The position numbers were made by a program, and so were the translations under genes. Under the pieces are notes generated by a model. It was not told the DNA's origin. It saw nothing but the letters and a program-made list of their open reading frames with translations, and did not search any database. Below, piece by piece: positions 25,571 through 37,000 of a DNA stretch of 64,000 nt. Source of the DNA: Octopus sinensis (taxonomy: Eukaryota); the NCBI RefSeq assembly GCF_006345805.1, contig NC_043004.1, forward strand, positions 37,386,001-37,450,000. The letters run 5' to 3'. Each line of letters begins with the position of its first letter. Position 1 is the first letter of the stretch.

Positions 25571-28500
25571 CTAAAGGAAGAAAAAATAAAACAAATGTAG
25601 TTTTAAGAAATAAATTCTCTTAAATACTTTCATAATTTATAAATGTGTCAGCTCTCAAATTTAAATAGGAGATTAAGGCATGTACAACTCTGTATGGCAC
25701 ATGAAAACCTTCCATTAAAATTTCATGTTAACTTGCATTTCAAATACCAGCTAAATAATGACAAACTTATGTTATTAAATTCTTCATTATCTTCAAAATT
25801 AACTGGGAAAACTATTTTGACAAAAATATGGAAACAAAAGGATTAATATATTTACAAATAAACATAAATGCTTTGCAAGACTTCAATTCTATCGGAATTT
25901 TTAGAAAAATAGGTAGCAATAAATACAGAATAAATGCCGTTTCCAAGACTGGAAAAATAATGCTTTCTTTTATACAATATGAATTTTTAAAAGAAAAACA
26001 TGTTGAAATTAACAAATTAAAACAAAAAATGTGTTTGAACATTATTTCCTTTCAAAACTTTCAAATTCTTGATACAGATTAATGGGTGTTTTAAGAACAG
26101 CTTGTTTTGATGTCTAAATTGTTTTGTGTGATGCTGAAAATAGTGGGCATGCTTAAATTTTGAACTGGCATTTTGGTAAAAGCACCATCCGTTTGTGGCC
26201 GTTTGCCAGCTCTGTCTGGCACCTGTGCAGGTGGCACGTAAAAACACCCACTACACTCATGGAGTGGTTGGCGTTAGGAAGGGCATCCAGCCGTAGAAAC
26301 ACTGCCAGATCTGACTGGGCCTGATGAAGCCTTCCAGCTTCACAGACCCCAGTTGAACCGTCCAACCCATGCTAGCATGGAAAGCGGACGCTAAATGATG
26401 ATGATGATACCTTGCAAATTATGTTTTTTCAAACAATTTAAAGGCTACGGGAAGTTGTGAATGATTATATTTGTAGGCTGTGTTTTACAACTGTAAAGGC
26501 AGCTTCATAGAGGAAAACTCGAATTGCAATGAGAAGAGCAGAGCTGAAGACAAAGAAAACAAATGCAGCTCAACTGAGTAAAGTTTTCTTGAACTCTAAC
26601 TCTTTGGGTCTTTTTCAAGTTAACAAGTTAGAATGTTTTTGATAAATGGAAGAATGAGAATATAGAGATGAAGCCAATAATATTCAAAAGAGATAGAAGA
26701 ACTGTAATTCACAATGGCTGTAAAGAAAGCTTTTTATCTACACAGTCATACCCACATCTGGGTTTGAATGGAGCAAGCTCAGAGAAGTAGGGAACATTGC
26801 TGTGGCAATAGGAAAGTTACAGTCCATCAGTAACTAATTGTATGTAGTATGTCAGTAATCACTGATCTTTTAATTAGCAGGTGCAAGACTTTCACGAATG
26901 TGATTCAGAATGTTTGGCAGTTGCAACTAAGTCAAAGTATTTTCTGGCACCTGAGAGGAAACCCATCCTTTGCTACATTATAAATCAATGGTTACCATAT
27001 AAGGTCATCAGAGATAGTAAATGCCTAGCAGTGTGAATAGTGAGAAGTCTTCAGTTGTGCTGTATGTGTGCTTTTTTTGACATTTGTGGTGTCTGGTTGT
27101 GGAACAAGACTAGCAAGATCCCTGTAATAGAACATTTTTGAGATCTTAAGTGTGTGTGTTTGGTAGAAGTGTTCACGTGGTGTGTGGGTGATGACTGTGC
27201 AAAAGGTTAAGAAAATGAAGAGTGATGTCTGCAAATGAACAGACTATAAAAGGAAGCACGTGAGAATTCTCTAAAAGTTTGAGTCTGATTATCTTCGTGT
27301 ATGCTCCCTCATGTGGGAGCAGTACTCTATAGAGTACTTATGTGTGCTTTGATTTGTTCAGGTCCTTCATCTTGAAGATGACCACGATTCCACCTCTTGT
27401 ACACCACAGTAACATGAAATGGTACAGCTAGCTGCTTCCATCTGTACGAAACGTGTGTGATGAAACTACAAAAGTAGCAGTATTTCACTGGTGCAAGCCT
27501 GTATGGTACGTCTCCTACTGCAATAGGAACACCGTCATCTGTCTGTGTTTTAAAGAAGTTTCGGTCTTGACTTGCACTGAACTTAGTTAATAGTAAGAGA
27601 GGCCTGCACTTGATGACCAGTCTCGTTCACTCATCCATGACTTCCTGGACCACTGGCAAGATGGCCAAGACCAGCTTGTGCAGTACTGCATATGAGGACC
27701 ATTGTGTCACCAGGCTCTGGAATACATGCCCCACTGTGGTGTTATTGGATATCACTTTCCTGCTCGTTAAAATTTGATCAATGATTGCTGGGATTCCTCG
27801 TGTGTGCTACAAATAACATATAACTCAATACAACCATCTAAATTGTTGGGTTGTTGGTGACCAAACCAGCAACTTTATCAATTCTGTTTGATAAGGAGGA
27901 GAATGAAAAAACAAAACCTGTTAAATGGTGGGTGAACTCAGGAGAGTCAAAGGTCATCTGTTATTGTATGTATATATATCCTTGCTTATGATGCATGCAA
28001 AGATTAGATTTGTGATTTGTAGAGGCTCAACAACTATCTAAGGCTGCTAAAAGAAAGCTAGCCATTGTGATACTGTATTATGCTTATGTGGTTGCCATGA
28101 GATGTTATTGAAGATGAGTGAGTATAAATTGTATGCTGCTAAATCAAGCAGATAGGAAAGAACAGAATAGAAAAAAAATAGGAAGAAAAGTTGTAGGTAT
28201 TGAGAATAACTACTTCAGAGAAAACAGATACGAAACAGAGTCTTTACTCGTGGGAAAGTTGTTTTATAATTATTGCTGATTCAAAACATGATGGAGGTAA
28301 TAGAAATGATGGCTAAACTTCGAAGTATTAAGGAAATTTTCATCAACAATAGAAAGTCCTAGCTGATTCCAAAGAAGAGAGATTATTGAGTAAGAAAGTG
28401 GATTCTATCTAAGAATATATTCTGGAAACTGTCTGGATAATAGCATTAAGGACGTGAAATGTAATAAAAACAAAATCCTTACTTTATTTGCAAAAACCGT

Positions 28501-31500
28501 TAGTAAAAAGTTTCCAGGCTTGAATAGGTCAAGAAGCTTGTTTAGCAGCTCAAAATAAGATTCCTGTAAATAGAAAGACTGAACTAGAAATGCAATATCA
28601 CAAAATGTCTCAATACAGGTAATATAGAAAATATTCTGTCTCCATATGCACACCTGCTTAACATGGAACAAATTAAAATGATTTGATAAATGCGTAGAGA
28701 AACCATTTTTATTCTGGTATATTGAATCCATTAAACTGATAGAGGTTCGATGCATTAATCTGTAATGGTTGGTCGTCTTACCTGTTATGTGAGTTTTGAA
28801 CATTGGCTGAGCCCAGTGCCTTGGTTGAGTATTTTATTGGATTTGGATTGAAGATCCAATCACTTTGCACTTAATACATTCTCAAACAACTAATCCATAG
28901 ACACTCTGGAACTTGCCCATTTTCTATAAATTGGTGTAACAAATCATCTATGAGCAGAGGGGTGAGCAATTTTCATGAAGGGCAAGTCATGTTATTTTCT
29001 TACCAGAGTAAAATTAATATAACAGAGCACATGTAACCATCACCAACCCGAGCTAAAGTTTCCAAACAATGGATGAACTATACAAACACCAGAATTCACG
29101 ATGCTTTATTAAGTCCACTGGACTATTTAACAAAGGAATAAAGTCTCACTGTTATTTTCCAAGTTTGTTTCTTGTATTATTATCACAAGTGAACACACAA
29201 CAGATATAACATAATGGTATGCAAGATTCTGTAGTAAACCAAGGGAGACTTTAGACCACTGCATTAAAAATGTTTGGTGTGAGTTTTAGGGATGCAGTTG
29301 AAATAAGAACATGAAAAGATGAAGGAAATTGTTTAGAATAAGATCTGGAAAGATCCTAAAGTGAGATACAGCAGAAGTGATGAAAACAGTAGGTGGAGTG
29401 TCTTCTGATTGAGGAAGCATCAAAGAAAAATATGTTAAAACAAAGAAGACAGTGACAATGATGATCAAGCAGAGAAAAAGAAGTTTTTTATTTGATAATA
29501 ATGAGCACTCCAATGTGGTCTAGTGGTTAGGATTCCTGGCTTTCACCCAGGCGGCCCGGGTTTGATTCCCGGCATGGGAACGCATTCTTTTTAGCCTTCT
29601 GGCTTCACAGACCCCAGTTGAACCGTCCAACCCATGCTAGAATGGAAAACGGACACTAAACGATGATGATGATGATGATGATGATGATGAAGCAGAAGTG
29701 AAACGCTTGTCGACATTGAGCAAAATTGTTAGAAATTATTTGCGAGTGTTGAGCTTATTTATCAAGTGGAACACTTGGATGCAATATTTAAAATATATGG
29801 ACAAAGGGGCTAGAAGTTGTCAAAGACTAGATCTTGATCCTGAAGAGCTTAGTTTTAAGAATTTAATGAGGAAGATAAATGGGAATGGGTTAGAGAAAAG
29901 TGGCAACAGAAAGTGAAAGAATTACCTCCCAAAGAGATTTGACAGATCATAACAGTTCAAACAGAGCAGAACACGGTTTTTATAGCTGGAAGTTCTTAAT
30001 ACTAAGTTCTTTACAAAGGAATATATTAGGTGCATTTCAGTGTGACACCAGCACTGAATGTTGTGTTGTGGGCAAGACTAGAACAATCTCTCTGTTCCAC
30101 ATTGTCTCCATTCATTTTCTAATCCCTTCACAGAATGTAGTGGATATATTTTATCAGGGTGCCATCTTTAGTTTCTAAGTTGTCTCTACTCAGTCAATAT
30201 AAATGAAACAGGGAGAGTAAATAGAATAAAAAGAGTATTAATGTGAAAGAAAGCAATAAGAGTGGTAGGAGAAAGAGTAATGGAAGAGTGACAGAGTAGG
30301 TATATTATCATAATATTGTGATACCAGTGCCGGTGGTTGTGATACCAGTGCTGGCGGTACGTAAGAGAACCATCCGAACGTGGCCGTTGCCAGCACCGCC
30401 CCGACTGGCCTTGTGCCAGTGGCACGTAAAAAGCACCATCCGATCGTGGCCGTTTGCCAGCCTTGTCTGGCACGTAAAAGGCACCCACTACACTCACGGA
30501 GTGGTTGGCGTTAGGAAGGGCATCCAGCCGTAGAAACATTGCCAGATCAGACTGGGCCTGGTGCAGCCTTCTGGCTTCCCAGACCCCAGTTGAACCGTCC
30601 AACCCATGCTAGCATGGAAAGCGGACGCTAAACAATGATGATGATGATGATTGATGCCATATAATGGTATAGTGTGATATATGCATAAACCGTTAGCAGT
30701 GAAACTGAAAGTGAGAAAGTAGAGCAGAGAATACATCATTCATGACAATTTTGATCATATAAAAAGAAGGGATAAATAATATATACTAATGTCATGCAAG
30801 AAAGAGAAAGAAAATATAAGACATAACATTTTCTTACTTGGGAAACATTAGTTTCGAAACTGACATAAGAGCACTGAGGTTCTGGTGTGACATGAATGGT
30901 AATATAATAACCCTGTAAGTAGAACATGAAAGAGGATAACGTTTATAATCAACATGGGAAAAGCAATTGATTAACAAAATGGAGAGAGGGGGAGGGGGTG
31001 AAATTTTCAGAATTAGGGCTGGTCGAGGAAACAGTGGTTCATTTGGATAAGATAGCAGGAAACAAAACATGAAATGGGATTTTCGAGATTTAGAGCAAGA
31101 TTAAACAGAATTGAATAATTGGATTTCTTAACTTTAACTATAGCACACCCCACTAAATAGACAGGTAAATGAATGACAATAGCAATTATAAAGAGTGCTA
31201 TAGAGTGAAACAGAATCAAACATTTGTATTCTTAACTTTAACTATAACATACAGTATGGAGTAATCAAAAGTTTGTGACAAAAATAGATAAATAAATAAC
31301 AATAGTAATAATTATAATGTGCGATAAAGTGAGAGAGAATTGAACTGAACATAGGGTTAATGTTAAGTTTACTATAACATACGGCATGGAATAAAAGATA
31401 CAGTGAGGGTACATAGATAAATTAACGAATAATAATAGTAATTATAACTTGTGCTGTAAAACAAGGTTTAGATGTGTGCTATGCTGGAAACAAGAGTTGC

Positions 31501-33984
31501 TTATCTGAATATTTTCTCCTTTTCTGACTTCCACTGCATGAGGCAAGATTGTACACAAGAGGTAGGGAATCTGAAGGGAGTTAATTTACACAGGGTGGGA
31601 GAAACGGAAATAATATCCTCGTGTTGGTCAAAGAACAGTGAACAGCAAAGCACTGTGGCTGCCCTATTCCCAAGCAAAAGCCAATGTGGCATAGCCTCAA
31701 ACGAAGCAAGCTACTAAGGAAATGAAATGCATCTCTTAAAAATTAATTTGATCTCAAAAGTTGAATAATATACCACACATGCACACTCCTCAGTCTTTAA
31801 ATGACAATGAATGGATGCGGCAGAAAGAGCTGACTGTTTATGACCCTATCTGCATACAGGAGCTACACTCATAAGTTGAATAGCACCACATCCATTAAAG
31901 GTGAAAATCATGAGAAAATTAGTTATTTATTGAAGTCTATTCATTAAATTAGTTTTTATAATGAGTTGGAAATCATTTACTTTTTATAATCAATAATTAA
32001 TTTATAAAGCTTTAGTCTTTGCTCCTAGGCAGCATTTTCCTTAGAATTGGATAAATAATGATTAATAAGTGTGAAGTTATAAAAATATTCTAATCTTGGA
32101 GTAGAAGTGTTCCTAATAAAAAAAAATTATTTTATGACAGACACATTAAAAAGTTAAAGCAGAATAAAATATTTGGAGAACAAAAAAAAAAAAAAACCCA
32201 TCTGGTAGCTTTGTAAACCTTCAAATCTAAAATTATTGGCTGCCTTATAAGAAATGTGGTTGCTATGGTTACATTAAGGTAGACCATTTGGTATTTTGGT
32301 TCTTTGGGAAAATAAATGATCAGCACATGATAAAAGGGACTTGTATTACCTTTATAAAAGCAGAATAATCCTAGAATACCTCTCTTACTTGGCTTTGAAT
32401 GCCATTAGTGAAGTCTGGTTTGTTGGAGAGCACCATAGCAAATCATAGTTTGGTAATAACATACAGGGTAGTTCTAATTAGATCATCCCTTAGCTAGTAT
32501 AACATCAATGTCACCAGTTCTTTTAGGAACCTCAAATTGGATATTAGTAACATCAATGTCACCAATGTGTAAGGAACTATATATGTAAGGGTACCAATCT
32601 TCTCCTCTGATGAATTAATTAAAAAAAGAAAAGCAAGAAAACTGACAGTCAGGGTTATGAAAGGACTTAAGATGGTTGCACTTTTGGTGCAAGTATGTGT
32701 GTGTGTGTATGTGTGTGGTAAGGACTTGACAAAAGGATCGATTTTTGTGGATGTTTATCATGTATATTCAATGTGGAATTACAAAGAGGACGGCGACCAA
32801 GCAACTCTGTGGATAAAAATATTGATTGTGGTTATTTTGATTTTAACATCTCTGTCACATACCAGAGAAGGAAAATGGAGTTATATGTGACAGTGAAGAC
32901 ATACAAAAGGCAAGGAAGAGAAAAGAGTTTCACATTTGTATATTGCATAGAATCTTGATATTTTTCAAGATATCAAGAAATAAAACTAAAATTTTAGGAA
33001 TAAAAAAAGTACAGATCATTTACCCCTGGCAGTATTCCATTCATGGAATATCCACATGGTTCAAATAAATAGTCATCAATCAGCATATTGGGTAATAGTT
33101 TATCAATACCACACTTCTGAAAAAGATGGAAAAAAAAATTATTATATCCTTTTTAATGATTTAAGAGGACTTTTGCAATGTGGAAACAGGAGCCATGATG
33201 CTGCAATAAGAAGCAGCATATGAAGATAACAAATTATTCTTAAACCAAAGAATAACTTGCAAAAAGGCAGATTGTTACCAGATGAAGGCAAGAGAAATAC
33301 TATCTGATGAGCTTTCACCCAGTTTCTGTCTACCTAATTTCACCCGAGGTCAAGGTGCCACACAGTGGGATTAAAACGGTAATCACCATGTCGTGAAGCA
33401 CACTTCTAAAGCACTGACCATGCTTAAAACTACTTTATTCTTTCACTGGTTTCAGCTATCAGATGGCAGCCATGCTATGAACCAACTTCGAATATTTGAT
33501 TGAATTATATCAAATCTGTTTTTCAGTCTAGTGTTTAGTTTAACCAATCTCTATTTTTGGAACTGCTTAATTACAGGACAAAAACAAGACACAAACAACA
33601 ATGTAAACATAAAAAAGAGACATGGAAACAGGCATGCACACACATATATGTATCCACAGACACACACAAATAAATATATCCATATATACATTATATATAT
33701 ATATACGTTTAAATATTTGTTGTGCAAGATTTTTTATGTGAAGTCGTGTGTTGAAACAGATATTGTTATATTTCGGAATGGTCATTTTGCTAGTTTAGTC
33801 AATAAATAAGAAAGAAGAAAACAAAGGACCACTGATGCGGTCACAGGAGTGTCACGAAAGAACTCTGGCTGAAATAAGATTAAGATTAATGTAAAAAATA
33901 AATAACACTGAAGCAAAATAACACCAAATATATAGTGCGTGTGTTTTTATTGGCTAAACTCGCAAAATGACCATTCCGAAATAT

Positions 33985-34038
<54 letters not shown>

Positions 34039-37000
34039 GGACAACAGGCGTTAAATGATGATGATATATGAAATTATAATGATCAGTTGCTGGTAACAGA
34101 AGTAATCACAGGTAAACAAAAAGTACCAAGTATTAAATATATGACTAATGTAGAATGAAAAGTTAATTTACTTGAGAAAAAAGAAGAAAAAATAATCATT
34201 AATCATTTACTGTTTCATAAATACTCTTTAAATGGTTGGGTAAGATTGAAGCAAAGCTGAAATGCAAATGAAGTCAAAATGAAAAGATGAAAGCAAATAA
34301 TGCTGAAGGTCATAAGCATCAATTTAGAGTTAACATTAATTGATTTTACAACAATTAATTATGGTGAGAGCAAAGACTCATTAGGCATAAATTAAGGACA
34401 TGACATTTTATATGAATGTTTATGCATCGTTCTTTCCATTAGAGGAGATGATTCATGCATACAGAAATGCAGGAGTTTGTTAGTGATTATAGGAAGATGG
34501 CTGGATTGTGAAATGTCTCCAACCCAGTTTGCACAAGTTGCTGCGTTGTTAGCTAATGATTTGGTTGAGAAATATTATGAAATACTTAAATTACAATAAA
34601 AATATTGGGTAGAAGAATGTGAAAGTTTGGAGAGAGTTTTATTAAGAATCTGGTGGGATTTTATGGTGCAAGGTGAAAATGCTTCTTCTTTACTACCAAG
34701 CACGTTTCCTTTCCTATTGTTTTGTATTGGGTCATTATAAAGCAGTTGTCAACAGATTTTATCCTTAGAACTGTCTTTGACCAACACTTCATTATTGAGA
34801 TGTGTGAAAATTTTTTTCTATTAAAACAGTAATTGGGAAAACAAAATGAGAAATGAGGTTGTAAAGGTATTGGTGGTGCTTAGGATGTCTATGCATATAT
34901 ATATAATTTGTGGTACAGGTAATAAAACAAATGAGGTCCAAGATTTTATACAGACAAACACACACACACATATATATATATCTTACGTTGACTGGTACTT
35001 ATTTTTATTAACCCCAAAGAATGAAAAGCAAAGTCGACCTCGGCGGAATTTGAACACAGAACGTAAAGACAGACGAAATACTTATTTCTTTACTACCCAC
35101 AAGGGGCTAAACACAGAAGGGACAAAAAAGGACAGACAAATGGATTAAGTCAATTATATCGACCCCAGTGCATAACTGGTACTTATTTAATCGACCCCAA
35201 AAGGATGAAAGGCAAAGTCGACCTCGGCGGAATTTGAACAAGACAGATGAAATACCACTAAGCATTTTGCCCAGTGTGTTAATGATCCTGCCAGCTTGCC
35301 ACCTTAATATATCATCATCATCATCATCATCATAACAATCACTTTTCTTTGTTTGCATGAGTCAGATGAAATTTGTTGAAGCAGGTTTTCTACATCCAGA
35401 TGACCTTCTTGTTGCCAACCATCACCTGTTTCCAGGTTAGATAATATTTCCCTATTTTCCTAATATGTTCTTGCAGAATATTGAGAATGAATGATACTGC
35501 TTCTGTGGCAGTAACAAACATTTACAACTATACATATATATATTTATATATAAGTTGCATATATGGAGGCCTTAAGGAGAAAATCTTCCCTGAGGAAAGA
35601 CACCAATCGTCTCAAACAAATAAAGAAAAAAACGCAAAAGAAGTGTGCTCTTCAGATGTTATGCACAAGGCAGCAGCTGAGCCAAGAATCTCTTTTGTGC
35701 ATAGTACACTGAAAGATAGGACCTCTCCTCCAAAAGGATGGCTCCCTCAGGGACAGTCCAACTAAGATTAATGAGATACTGAATGACCAGTTCAAAAGTG
35801 TCTTTACCAACCCACTGGAACACAGATAAGTGAACTTCTTTGCCACCTCACCTATAACCAGCGAGGCAGTTACAATGCAATACATTGACATTAATGAAGA
35901 AGATAAACTACTAGCCATAGATGAAGTGGACACAAACTCAACTGCTGGTCTTGATGGTTTCCCAGCAATCCTCCTCAAATCGTATAAGCATGCCCTGGCA
36001 AAACCCCTCCGGATTCTCTTTCAGAGCTTTCTTACAAATGGCAAACTGCCAAGCAAGCTGAAAGAGGGAATAATATGCCTAATCCATAAAGGGCAAAGCA
36101 GAGTAGATGCGAAAAACTATAGGCTTATCTCTCTGACCTCACACATCAGCAAAGTCATGGAACGGATAGTCAGAGGGAAACTAATCGCATTCCTTGAAGA
36201 AAATAACTTGCTGAGTAATACCCAGCATGGTTTTCGACCACGTAGGAGCTGCCTGACCCAGCTCTTACAACATTATGACTGGGTGTTGAGGCAGTTACTC
36301 AACAACTCAAATGTGGACATAATATACCTAGATTTTGCAAAAGCTTTTGACAAAGTGGATCATGGTATGATATGCCACAAAACTGCATGATCTCAGAATA
36401 GCTGGAAAACTTGTAGAGTGGTTACACGACTTTCTGAAAGATAGGAGTCAGGCAGTAGTGGCTAATGGACCTACCTCTATGAACACACAATAGTGAGCGG
36501 TGTTCCACAGGGCACTGTCTTGGGGGGCCACTGCTTTTCATAGTGGCCCTCTCAGATATGCCCTCAATTGCCTGGATAGCCACCCTTGCTAGCTACGCAG
36601 ATGATACGAAAGTCTCGCAGAAAATACAGAACCCCAGCGATGTTTCACACTTGCAGCAGGAGTTGGACTCAATTTACAGATGGGCTGAGGATAATAATAT
36701 GCCGTTTAATGCTGAAAAATTCCAGGCCCTATGCTACCAGCATCCAAAACTGAATATTAAACCTACAGGGTACACCGGTCCACAGGGAATTTCAATCCCA
36801 TAGCCTAAATGAGTGAGGGACCTAGGTATCAACACGAGTGATGATACCTCTTTCCAAGTGCACATTACCAGGATGGTGACAAAGTGCAGACGACTGGCTG
36901 GATGGATGGATCCTAAGAACATTCAGAACCAGAGATAAGGAAACCATGGTGGTCCTCTGGAGGACATTCGTCCTCAGCCACCTGGATTACTGCTCCCAGC

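Noticed and set aside
28800-29150. RVGDG motif suggesting an OTU-like protease remnant
   Set aside because: The surrounding frames are closed and the catalytic context is missing.
32389-32473. Possible extra minus-strand exon (ELPCMLLPNYDLLW...)
   Set aside because: Weak acceptor and no AdoMetDC similarity; the flanking exons already join in frame.
32500-32564. 17-bp direct repeat TAACATCAATGTCACCA with a 31-bp spacer (CRISPR-like look)
   Set aside because: Only two copies, in a eukaryotic intron, with no cas genes; a local duplication.
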